Of a stretch of 64,000 bases of DNA, positions 12,634 through 24,973 are shown piece after piece. Source of the DNA: Pocillopora damicornis (Eukaryota); assembly GCF_003704095.1 (NCBI RefSeq), contig NW_020844573.1, positions 744,001-808,000 of the forward strand, read 5' to 3'. The number at the start of each line of letters is the position of its first letter. The first letter of the stretch is position 1. Below the pieces are notes generated by a model that made no database searches, was not told the origin of the DNA, and worked only from the letters and a program-made list of their open reading frames with translations. Position numbers and translations under genes: made by a program.

Positions 12634-13808
12634 TATCACCCATTGTTATTTGAAATCATGTTGTAAATACTGATTGAGAGGAAGTAGTCAAACAATGACT
12701 CAAGAGGTCATTTCAACAGTTTATTTTTGTCCTGGTGATAGAAAAATATTGTACTATAAGTGGAGTGAGGTAGGGAACTGAAGAAAAATTCATTTTGTTC
12801 TCTTAAAAGAACAGATGTTGTATTCTATGACCTATTAATGAGATGTAAATTTACATTAATTAGCTTTAGATGCACTTTTCTATGGTCTCATACTTCTCCA
12901 TGAGTAGAACACACCTCTCAATAATGAAGGAGATATCTGATTACACAAGATTAGCATGCCTAGTATGTACATTAAGCTGTAAATACTTATTTCCGTGAAA
13001 TAATCTTTTATGTATTGATTGTGGGAAAGCCAACCAATATTTTCTGTACATCAGATGTGTCATACATTGCTTCATATCAAACAACTTCTTCCAGACATAC
13101 ACCATACAGTTAACCTAAGATATCATTAACATCTGATCCAATATTTGTACATGTGTGACAGTAATCAACCCTCAAACATTTTGAGCCGTTGTTAAGACTT
13201 GGCTAAGAAGACTTACTTCAACTTTCTTTCAATTGCTGTAGTTTTAGTTTTTCTTTTTTTATTATATTTGAAAAATTTAGGCTTGCTTTTTCAATGCATG
13301 CAAATGAAAAGTGTAGTAAAGCTATTGGTACTTATTTTTTTATTATTAAATTTTAGTTTGTAACCATCCTGAGAGCTGGTCTCAGCTGAAATACTCTGCA
13401 AGTCAGAGTAGATTTACATCAGGGTGCTTTTAGCCTCACAGAGAGATATTAGATATGTATTGTTAAGTAGTATTTATTAGATAGTTTGTTTATTTTCCAT
13501 CATTTTTAACTGTTTTCAAAGACAAATCCACTAACTCATGTAAAGCATGAAGGTTTTTGTACCATGTTTTCTAAGTTTGTAATTTGTAATTAGTACACTT
13601 GTTTGTAATACAAAAAAGAAGGAAGGAAGTTAGTTTAATATGGAAAAATTTCTATAGAAAAGGGTAAAAAATACAAATGTAATATTTTTATCAGTAAGAA
13701 GCTTTGGAACCATTGTGAACTTAGCTAAAAGAAGAAAATGTGTAGAGTAATAAATTAAAGTTAATGTGAACAACAAAGAAATAAAGCAGAAAAAAATTGT
13801 TTCTTTTG

Positions 13809-16800
13809 TTATTCAAGGTCTTCTGTTTGTTTGTTTTTTGTCCTTCCATCAATTTCTTCTGCAAACACAGTTTTGAGTGGATCCAGTAGTTGTGGAAGTT
13901 TTGAAAAATTGCTTGAGTGAACCTGTCAAAAAAGTCAATCAAGAAAGAAGTATGTTTCTATTAATATCTGCCTGGCTGGGAAATTAAGCAGAATGGACAA
14001 TCACTATAAACGTGGGGAATGCAGAACTCTGATCAATAATACCTCTTCCTAACTGAGTTTGAGGTCCATAATGTAAGTTTCAGAACACATTTTCCACTTG
14101 GATTTATGGCCAAAGCACATAATACATAAGCCATAAATCTGAGCAAAAAAAAAAAGGTTCTGTAACTTACAGTACAGACCAACAAAAGAAGCTAGCAAGA
14201 TATCATTTTATCTCTAGGTTCACATAAAAGAGGAAGATATCAATCAACCCTTTACACCCCAACATCAGTATGCAAATTCTCCATGCTATGCTCTATACAT
14301 TTCTTAAGGTGCAGACAAGGAGAATTTGTTTAACAATCAAGAGCATCTTTAGTCGGTGATCATTTCCTTTATTCTTGTGACCTAAATGTGTGAAATTTCC
14401 TTCCTTGGATACATTAAACTAAACATGTCTTCCTCTCAGGAAGGCATGAGATCAAAATGAGGCTGTAAGGGATACCTGAAAATTTAATTTTTCTTCTTGT
14501 AATAAATTATTATCCATACAAGACCATGTAAAAAAATATCTTTGATCAGGAATTTCAAACACTTTATCCAAACGCGGCCATTGGCTGTGCCAGTAAAAGG
14601 GCTGGAAGGGAAAACCCAAACATGAAGGCTGCTTGTAGGCTAAAAAGATGACAGTACAAGGTCTCACAGACTGTGGTAGACTGCCATTAACCAGCTTTGA
14701 ATAAAACCCTTGCTTGATTAATCCATAGTTTTTACTGTACCTTCATGTGATCAAATGCAATGCCTGTACACCTTGTAAATTGTTCACTGAACACTGGGAT
14801 TTTAGGATAACGTTGACTAAAGTGATTCAATATGATAAACTTTGCACCCATCTTCATACCACTTTCAATTGCCTCAGTAGTTGTACTGGTCAGAAAGAAA
14901 ACACCTTAAAATTTAACAAACAAACAACCAAAAAGAAAGAAAAGTAACAAATAACAACAACAACAACAAGCAACTCAGGATGGAAAAAGGAAAGTTCACT
15001 ACACAATTACTGATTTTCATATCTTAGAGCAAAGGAGATGCCACTCCCTTAATTCACAAAAAAATCTAAGTCATACATTGTTGATGGCTTGATGTACAAT
15101 TTATTTCCAAACAATATAACAATGCACTTAAAAATCACAATTGTTCTCTCCCTTGAGAAAAAAAGTGTTTGTTTTACTTTCCCTTGTTCTTTACCTTTTA
15201 CACACCCCCCCCCACCCTCTCTCCCCCTCTGTCTTTTGTCAAACTTGGGCCAAATCTTTGTGTGGACTTTAAATTTGCATTTTTTTAACCTACTGACGAA
15301 CTGGTGATATTTATAGTTTTCTCATCGGTTTGAAGTTGAGCGATCCTTCAATTATTTCATTGTTCCCTGACCAATCATCATTACCAAACCTGTGCTTTTT
15401 CTCTAGAGCTTCTTTTATCAGTTCATCTTCAAGAGTGGCTTCATGAATGAGGAGATCAGCATCTGTTCCTGAAAAATATTAATAACACTTTGAATTATTG
15501 TTGTACACCTGAATTAATCGCCACAATGTTGAATTATTCTGACTAACAAAGAAAATTTAAGATTGATCTAGCCTGTTTTGCTGACAGCCTATACAAAACT
15601 GGTATAGTTTAAACCATGAATGTTTTACCTAGAAGGTTCACACATCTGGCTGTACTGCAAGATAGATCAACCTTACCAACTGGAGTTAAATTTCAGGGTG
15701 GTTTGCTGCCAAAGCTATAGGAAACTGCCCTGCACCAAGAAAACTGGTAGCCTTGGAGGGGAGCAAGCCACCTAGCTCAAGTGTACAAGAAAGGAACCAT
15801 CTATTTTTGGATACATCTCTTCAGCCCTTGTGCCTCCTCCCACCCTTGCAAATGACTTACCAGCCTTAATCAGTGCTAGGCATGGTCGTGTATCGCCAGA
15901 ATAAACAATCTTCCAGCCTCGTATGTGTGTCAATACCAAGCCATAGGCCTGTGGGCAGTGATCTACAGGCACTGTTAAAACCTGAAAAAATAAAAAAACC
16001 CTCAACATTATTTCTGAGCACTTAACTCACAAATTATACATAGTTCTAGGCCACTATCGTTTTCTGTAACCACACAAATACACTGCATGTTTTGCTATTA
16101 TTAATTATATTGTCTGCAATTCTGCATCCCACTTTTTCTGATTCCTTCAAGCTAGAGACCAGGAGACTACTTTTACATTAATCTATTAATAAATATTTTG
16201 AAACTCACCTCCTTTGCATCTAAGTGATGTGTAACAGACCAGTAATCTTCATACAGGCCTTTTACAGCTAAGTCCCTGCTGTCCACAAACCTAGCATGAA
16301 ACAATTTCATGAAAAGCATGATCACCTTTGGCTACATGATTGTCTAGTCATATGTTTTGTAGCTTAACATTCGTAATGAAGTTTTTTTTTTAATTTGTTG
16401 ATCAATGTACTTTTTAGCAGTCAATAACACAATTATATTAAACAATGATTCTTTCCTTGTTATTGACTTGACAGGAGCAACTGATAAGTAATATTTCTCA
16501 AGAATTAAATTAAAGACTTGGGTGGAGAGTGACATTTGGTATTAAACAGCAAGCAAAGACAGAAAAGTATTATAATCAAAACTACAAGATTATTACATAA
16601 TTATTAATAATAATAAAACAAAGATCATATCCATATGTATATTGCACTACATATTAGGTATTTATTACAACAACAAAATGAGGGGAATTTTAAAAACCTG
16701 TACTCAATGTCCTCACAGAAGCTGTCGTACTCCTTCAACCATTTTCCTATTTTGGCAGGACCAATGATTAACAGAACATCACCCTCCTACAATAAATTTA

Positions 16801-19800
16801 ACTGAACCATTAACCCTTGGACTACCAAGATCTGATTGTTAATTCTCTCCTCTTGCTGCTACACAATTCCTTGTAATTTAGTTACAAGAATTTGGTGTAA
16901 GATCAAGATTAAAACTTCTTCCTGATAAGTTTGAGTATTCTCATTGACCATTTGCTAGAGAATGTATGGATCTCATAGGGAGAAATTACATGTTAGTCAC
17001 TTCTGGGAGTTAAAGGGAAAATCCTTACCATATCTACTGTTTCTCTTTTCTTTAAAATACGAATAAGACCCTGCGGGGTAGAGTGACCAAAATAAAAATA
17101 TAGTATAAACAAAACAAATTTGAAAACAACAATCAAACAAAGCAATAACAAAAAACAAAAACATGTATTTGAGCTTTGGAAACATACAAGTATGTAATGA
17201 AATAAACCCCTTAAACCTAATTGTCATTTAATTATAATTTTCAAGATAAATGTTTCCAACAAAAGGGAAAAAATGCAGGGATGTTTACATTACACAGACA
17301 TTTTCCTCCATAATGCTACCATTGATAAAATTCTGCATATGCAAACACCTAATGACTGACAAAAGGATATTTTTTGCTCTCTGTGAGAAGCCTGATTACA
17401 TTTTTTCATCTTTTTCTGGCAATGCAGGTCAACAGTATTTTGCTGTACCCCCATTCCTTAATTAGAAACTCTTCTTACTGTCTGTTACACAATGTGTATG
17501 ATGTTAGTTTGGATAATTTGGTATTGGATCAACTTATAATCCCCTAATTGACATTTTTCCTTATTCTCATCACCTGTCTACTTGATATTGTATTGATATT
17601 GTAAGGAGAAATTCTGTCATGGTCACTCATGGGAGTTTAGGGGTTAACTGACTTATTAAATGACTGGTAGATCATTCATGGTTATTGTAACAAAATCAAT
17701 CTTTATTATCTTACCAAGTGATGATCAGCATGAATGTGAGATATGAAAACACATTTGAGTCGCCTCAGTACATGGTCCACATATTTACCATAATGTCGAT
17801 AGAGCTGCCCATATGTACCTTCACCACAGTCAAGGAGTATGGAATCCCTCTCACTATTCACAAATTTAATTATACAATTGTCACATTATAACCCAAAAAT
17901 TGCAAGTAACTTGGTTTCTGCACCACTTTTGCTTGTTGTATTCCCTAAAACTTTCAAGAAATTAAATACAGAAACAAATGTTTTATGTGTAAGTGACACT
18001 ATCAACTGCAGCTTCTATGCCAACTTTTTGTTTGTAACACATTTGGATGGCAGCTGTTTTCCATTGTTTACTGGATGCGCACAAATCAACTTGGAAATTA
18101 TTTGTTAATTTGAGATGTGTGGTCTAGTGATGAAAAAGAAACAATTAAAGAATAGAGGAGGTTTTATAATGTACATGATTATCTTTTCAATTGCTTGTAA
18201 GGTTAATGAAAATTGTCCCGCAAAAAATCAAAAAAAGTTTAATTAAAAAAAAAAAAAAGGAAAAAGTTAATTTTGTTGAGGTTGGCAAACTGGAAAGATG
18301 CAAGGATAAACCAAAAGGAAACCAGGATGTCTGAGGATAAAGAAGATTTCAGTGGATCATAAATCACAAATTAACATGAATTATTTAGTCTAAATGTTTT
18401 TACCAGGTGGGGCAAAGCTCCTATATTATTTAATCTTCTCCTTCATTTCCACTCTCATTTTTCTTACCTCATATTGATCAATGTAGAGCTGACATTTCTG
18501 TATTTTGATGGAATAGATGCCCCAGTTCCCAAGAAAACTACCTCGTAATCCTTGTGTTGCATTTCCCATGCACTTTTCTTTACTTTCATTTGAATCATTT
18601 CACTCAAAGTAAAACCACTTCTTTCAGTGCCTGATAGAGGTACTCCAACAGCATCCAAGGTATCTCTGAGAACATTCCTATACTTACTTTCTGCAAGTCT
18701 ATTTGTAGGAGGACTTCTGATTAAGTCACTTGCCACCAAGGAGCTGCTAGTTGGTAGTGATCTGGAAGTACCAGCTACTGATAATGATTCCTTCTCTTCG
18801 GTACTTCTTTTCTTCAAGCCTCTATCACATAACAACTCTATAGATTGCTCATTTAAGAGTGCTTCAGTTTCTTTCATCACTGTGTCCACATCTAACTTTT
18901 GTAGTACCTCAGACCTATCAAACCCTTGTTGTTTACCTTCTCGAAGATAAAACTTGAGTAAATTCTCCCCAGGAAAGCAATTCCTCGGTAAGGCATCTTG
19001 TTTTATTTCCTGCAAAAAAACATGTGAGCAGTTACAAACTGTATAATAATACATTTGAACCTATCATGATAGACACTTTGTGTGAGCATCAGCATCTCTA
19101 CCTATGACTATCTTGACATGAACCATTTGAAATCCCACTGAGCTGCATCCACAGCACTAATTCCAGGGTTTGCCATATTTTACAATCCAATCTATGCCAC
19201 AAATTATTCTCTTAAATGATACTTACAGGTGTGTCCATGGTTTCCAATAGGGGAAAAATCTCTGGATTAATGGTGTGTAATTTACACTGAACAGTTCCTT
19301 GAGACTGAAACACCAGGGGTGCCATACACACATGCTTGTTAATCAACAAATGGGACACCTTGTCTCCAAACCTGGTTTTTTATAACATTTAAATTATGTC
19401 AATATTTCCCACCAGAAATTTACAGCACATGGTTTAAAACAAGAGGTACACATAACAATTGATGACTGTCCTGTCCGTCAAAAAATAAAAGAATAACTGT
19501 CTTGCATCATTGGTCTATGTGTGGATAGCCCCTTAACCCTTTAACTCCCATGAGTGACCAAGACTGAATTTCTCCTTACAATATCAATAGAATATCAACC
19601 AGATAAGTGACGAGAATAAAGAAAAATATCACTTTGGGAATAATTAGTTGATCCAATACTAAATTCTCTGAACTAGCTTTATAAGAATTGAATCGCTGAC
19701 AGTAAGGAGAATTACAAATTTGATCTGAAAGTTAAAGTGTTAGAGAAATGTTGCTGAAGAAAATGATTCACTTCTTCAGTTAGTTGCATTAAAGTCATAA

Positions 19801-22348
19801 TTTCTCCAATGATGACTTCACCTCAAGTTGTTAAAATGTCGGTTAGTGATTAACATAAAACTTCTCCCTACAATATCCATACATTATTCAGCAAACAGGT
19901 AATGAGAATATTAAAACTTATCGGATAGAAGTTGCTATCTTGATCTAGCACCAAGTTCTCATAACTAATTTACAAGGAAATGTGTAGCAGCTAGAGGAGA
20001 GAATTAACAAGCAGATCTTGGCAGTTAAAGGGCTAATTTTGACAACAGTGTGACTATTTAGGACTACTCTCCTATGGTTACTGGCATTCATACTTCTTGT
20101 TCAAAATCACTTATTCATAAACTAATAGGAAATAAATTCATTACAGGAACTACAATGAACACTACCAACCCTTTCATCCAATCTTTATATTCTTCATTTT
20201 GGAAAACATCCATTGGTGTCAAGTGTACAATAATGACAGGAGTTAAGTTTGGCCCTCCCTCCCAGTACTTTTTGAGCTGCTCATTGGAGACTAATGATGG
20301 TATAAATGCCACTGTGGGACATTCAATGATGAGAAAAACAGAGCCAGGCTGAGAAGGTCCCATGACTTGCTCAGGATGCACCTGGAAAAAAATGGAATGG
20401 AATATCTTGTATATCTTTAATGGACTGCAATCTGGCAAGAGTAGGAACACATTAACATACCCTCAATTAAGACAAAAAAGGATAAATTTGTGATGTTGAT
20501 AATATTTGAATCAGATAGCCAAGAAATCTTCAGATAATTAATTGTTATGTATAAAAAATCATGCTCTGTTATATTTAAGTTGGCTATGAGTGATAAAAAT
20601 TAACCCACAAATTTCATTTCCTTAGATAATTATAGTATCACATTTAATGAAAGTTTCTTTAGTGAAGATAATAGTGTTTCTTTTATTGTACTGTTGAACA
20701 AACAATGTCCAATTGAGATTTAAAACTGACCTTGCGTCCATCTTCTAGCGTGACAATCTTTCCAGCAACAAAATCCCTGAACAAGGGTCCTTTTGGTACA
20801 CCTAGCTCAATGGCTTTCTTAGGGAAAAGCTTCCCAGGTAGAGTGGAAAGCTGGCAGATGTAGCAAACTGCAGTTAATGTCTCAGGACTGTCCATCTTTG
20901 CTTTTTTAACTGATGGCAGATCATCCACATCACTTGAAGGAGAAGAATCATCACCTAATTTCCAAGCACCATCTGCAGGGTATTTTGAAAGAGAGAGCCT
21001 TGAAACAGTAGTTTCGTGTGTTTCTATTGGCAACCCCAAGAAACCCCTTAACCCCTTAAAAAACAGTGATTAGGATCTAATTTCTCCTTCCAATATCACC
21101 CCTTAAGGCCATGAGAATAAAGGATATTGTCACCTATTACAGCAGCTCTTGATAGTTAAACAAATTCTCATTGTCGGCACCTTGGCAAAGGTAAGGACGT
21201 AAGTATGGAGAACATGCATACTGATAAAAGGATATAAAGGGTTAACCCTTCAACTCCCAAGATCTGATTGTTAATTCTCCCCTCTTGCTGCTACACATTT
21301 CCTTTTAAATTGGTTACAAGAATTTATTGTGAGATCAAGGTAACAACTTCTACCTGATACATTTGAATACTCTCATTACCTGTTTGCCAAATAATATATG
21401 GATATCATAGGGGGAAGTTACATGTTAATCACTTCTGAGGGTTAAAGGGTTAACTTTGCAAGCTCAACTTATTTTCTGCCTTGGTTAACATGTATTTGCA
21501 TCAAATCAATTAATGGCAAATAAACTAGGAAGAAAGCAATTAAATGTACACACTTTGAAGGAACACATGACAAATGCAAAATAAAAATACACAATAGTAC
21601 TAACCATTAAGAAGAACTGGCCATATTGTTAAATTTTCGTCTTCATACTTGTCCTTATCTGCTCCTGTGAATCCAACACAATCAAACTTCAGGTTTTCAT
21701 GATGCAAGAAAAATCTTGTGGCATGAATGAAATGAGACAAGGTGCTGGGTCCATGAAGACGAATGCCTGATTTTCCAAAGTCCCTCACTGTCATTGCAAC
21801 TCCAGGCAGACCTCCAATGTACTCCCAACATATCCGCGTGAAGAAAAGGTTGTTCACCCTTGAGAGTTTTAGTTTGTGTTCAAAGCATAATCTCTGAGTT
21901 CCCTCTCCACAGTTGAAAAGATATCTGTGCATAACAGCAATACAGCAATGTGAACCAGTGAATCAATCATGCAGTTATTCAGTCAATCAAGTTATTAGTC
22001 AATCGAATAACAACAAATCCCTCCATCGACCACCCAGTCAATAAATCCTATTTTTTTTTCAAATGTCACTTCGAATTTAAGGTCAAAATAGATATTTAAG
22101 GTAACTAAATGCCTAGAGAGAGAACAAATTAAGATAAACAATAAATATCATATTCATTTTGAGCATCAGACATCAGCATACCTCTGAGATTCAGCAAAGA
22201 GATATAACGATGGACTTGTGTCGCCAGTTTCTGTTCCGACAACTTGCAGATAAACATTTGCTGTAGGTTTGGACGTACTCAGGGATGCTGCCATTAATTT
22301 ACACGTTCTCTGGAGTTGAAACTTCCTTAATATTGACAATACTCTCAT
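13809..22348 (-). CDS. ELAC2: Zinc phosphodiesterase ELAC2 / tRNase Z long form, ~812 aa, 14 exons: 22348-22182, 21924-21605, 20972-20731, 20381-20170, 19371-19227, 19009-18468, 17853-17715, 17070-17029, 16786-16698, 16290-16209, 15981-15861, 15468-15390, 14885-14741, 13922-13809
   Basis: Motifs [11 protein letters not shown], flexible arm [38 protein letters not shown] (HxHxDH), YSGDTRP, HEAT, HST, NHFSQRY. All introns are GT-AG and phase-consistent. Confidence 0.95.
21048..21453. mobile_element. Two adjacent piggyBac-like MITEs sharing one TTAA (representatives of an abundant family)
   Basis: ttaa-cccctt...aaaggg-ttaa-cccttcaactccc...gaggggttaaaggg-ttaa. Further full or partial copies at ~16810-17017, 17470-17646, 19533-19742, 29693-29884, 39105-39305, 44135-44523, 47595-47805 and 49443-49650. 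Confidence 0.75.
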
Positions 22349-22980
22349 TTAGAACGAAGGTAAAAAGTATTAAAAGACTTCACTACATTTTCCTCATGCT
22401 AGCCGCCATGTTGAATTTTATTCTCTGAGGAAGAAACGTGCCTCCTTACATCACAGTTTTGTAGAGACAGTGAACGACCGCTGGGTACCATTTCGTTCCC
22501 AGGATCTCTCGATCATTTGCGGCTCATCCTGCGTATAACTCCTGGAAGACGTGCATATAAACTCTAGCATTTTTTTCCTACTACTCTTTAAACTCACCTA
22601 CGGGCTCCGTTACCCGCTTTGCTTTGAATTCATTTACCAGCTGAATCTTTTCTTTCTTCTTACCTGTAATGTCCTAAAAGTTCTTCACGGTGGCAAAAAC
22701 TTACCCTCTGTATTACTTTAGGGCCGATTTCTTATTAAAACAGTAAATGGGGAACTAAATGGGGAAAGATATTTTCAAGATTCAACAAACAATTTTTAAG
22801 AGTTGCCGGATATAAGGACTGAATTACCACAGAGGCAACAACAACTTTGTTTATTTGTACCCTACTTTAATTTACACGATAAAAAAATACATACATTACT
22901 TGAAAAATGGAGTGAGTTTAGGTTACACGTAATAACCGCTGAGGGCTTAAAAGGTAGGGCAGCTTTACTTAGGTTACCAC

Positions 22981-23027
22981 GCACACACACACGCACACGC
23001 ACACGCACACGCACACGCACACGCACA
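22981..23027. repeat. (CACACG)n microsatellite, probably within a LINE 3'UTR remnant
   Basis: gcacacacacacgcacacgcacacgcacacgcacacgcacacgcaca. It produces the RTRTRT/CACACA artefact ORFs. Confidence 0.8.
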
Positions 23028-24454
23028 TACTGGACAAAACACAAAAAGTGAAAGAAAGCCAGTAGACAATGAAAGACAACAAAAGAATGCAACACAACAA
23101 GATGGTCGCGAAACAAAATATTTATTGAACTTAGCAAGTGCGTTAGAAACTTTGTAGTTTTTCCAGCAGTACTGTGTAAAAACCACACGCTTAAATCGCA
23201 TAATCTGAGAAGTCTGAGAAGTCTGATACGGAAAACCCCGAAAACAAATGATTCACTAAAATATATTAAAGTTCACACGGCAACCAGGTGGACAATCAGA
23301 CATGGTTTGATGCTACTCTGGTTTACAGATTTAATGAATGTGACCGAAGAGGTTACAATTCCTAGACCCTGATTATTATTCACTTTTCTACTTCCGACTC
23401 TACTTCAAAGTTCAATAGGCAAGAACGCCCAAAAACTCTGTGAATGACGAGCTCGAATCCCATCGAAGTCTGGAGTTTTTCTGGCTTCTTTCCAGCACAT
23501 TTTCAGACGCTAAGCCTCTGAAAAAAAATTAACATCTTCTTTAATTAGAATTAAAATGGCTTTTTTAAAAAACTTAACAGATGACCCGCAACTACTAATT
23601 TTGCTGCATCTTTTATTGATTTCGTCAAGTATCGTACGCAGATGTTCCATTTGCTCGTTTGCCGTTATCGTATTACTACTGTTAAAACACGACGTTGTCA
23701 TTTTTCATTTACAACATTCATATTTGCAGAGGATCTGTTCCATATTTCGGCCTAAACCTGGTAGTCATGAAGTCAAGGAGGAGAAAACAATATAAATTTT
23801 GAATGGGCCGAACCTAATGCTTAGACAGTTCGAGGATTTTTAGTCTCTGTATTAGTTTAAAGGAACTCTTAAATTTGGAATGATAGCATGGTTTTCATGT
23901 ATGGCTGCAGACATCAAATCATTTTGTTTTATGTACTAGACATCTCTGAAATGTGAAGAAGCTGAATTTTCATAAAAGGTTCTATTTATAGCCATGACAA
24001 CCATAATTATGGTTTAATTCCCAGGTGGGCTGTTATAAACTCAGANNNNNNNNNNNNNNNNNNNNNNNNNNNNNNNNNNNNNNNNNNNNNNNNNNNNNNN
24101 NNNNNNNNNNNNNNNNNNNNNNNNNNNNNNNNNNNNNNNNNNNNNNNNNNNNNNNNNNNNNNNNNNNNNNNNNNNNNNNNNNNNNNNNNNNNNNNNNNNN
24201 NNNNNNNNNNNNNNNNNNNNNNNNNNNNNNNNNNNNNNNNNNNNNNNNNNNNNNNNNNNNNNNNNNNNNNNNNNNNNNNNNNNNNNNNNNNNNNNNNNNN
24301 NNNNNNNNNNNNNNNNNNNNNNNNNNNNNNNNNNNNNNNNNNNNNNNNNNNNNNNNNNNNNNNNNNNNNNNNNNNNNNNNNNNNNNNNNNNNNNNNNNNN
24401 NNNNNNNNNNNNNNNNNNNNNNNNNNNNNNNNNNNNNNNNNNNNNNNNNNNNNG

Positions 24455-24973
24455 CGATACCGGGAATTTGTGACCCACAAACGTGTTGTTGCTGCTATCT
24501 TATCAAACTGGCTTCTGGGTCTGTTTGTTTCCCTTATGATACTTTGGGCTCCTTTCAGCGCTCAGAACTTAATTCTTTCAGCTGCTGGAGTTATTTGTTT
24601 TCTTCTTACAGCAATGATTTACATCAACATTTATTTAGTTGCTCGACGCCACAAAGTTCACATGCGGTCTCTGCAAATACAGCCAAGAGAACGCATCGAT
24701 GAAATGGGAGATTTTGCCCGCCAACTCAAGTCTGCTGTCAGTGTATTCTACGTATATATAGTGTTTTTACTTTGCTATGTTCCTTTTTACGTCTGCGTGG
24801 CTTCCATTAAAATCTACGGCTCGAGTACAACATTGAAAAAATGTTATCTCCTCTCAGTGACTCTGGTTTTTCTAAATTCATCACTGAATCCTGTGATTTA
24901 CTGCTGGAAGATGAAACACATTAGACAAGCAGTAATGGACTCACTAAAGAGCATATCTTGGAACAGAAATTAG
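24455..24973 (+). CDS. Class A (rhodopsin-like) GPCR, adenosine/melanocortin-receptor-like; C-terminal half, 5' part lost in N gap
   Basis: RYREFVTHKR...TM4-TM7 with CYVP and FLNSSLNPVIYCWKM (NPxxY). Paralogous to the ORFs at 32033 and 36283. Confidence 0.85.
   Translation, partial: RYREFVTHKRVVAAILSNWLLGLFVSLMILWAPFSAQNLILSAAGVICFLLTAMIYINIYLVARRHKVHMRSLQIQPRERIDEMGDFARQLKSAVSVFYVYIVFLLCYVPFYVCVASIKIYGSSTTLKKCYLLSVTLVFLNSSLNPVIYCWKMKHIRQAVMDSLKSISWNRN

Noticed and set aside
22803-23201. ORFs with RTRTRT/VRVRVR/CACACA repeats
   Set aside because: Translation artefacts of the (CACACG)n microsatellite.
23510-23701. 63-aa minus-strand ORF MTTSCFNSS...
   Set aside because: No homology recognised, no supporting splice partner, and it runs into AT-rich sequence.
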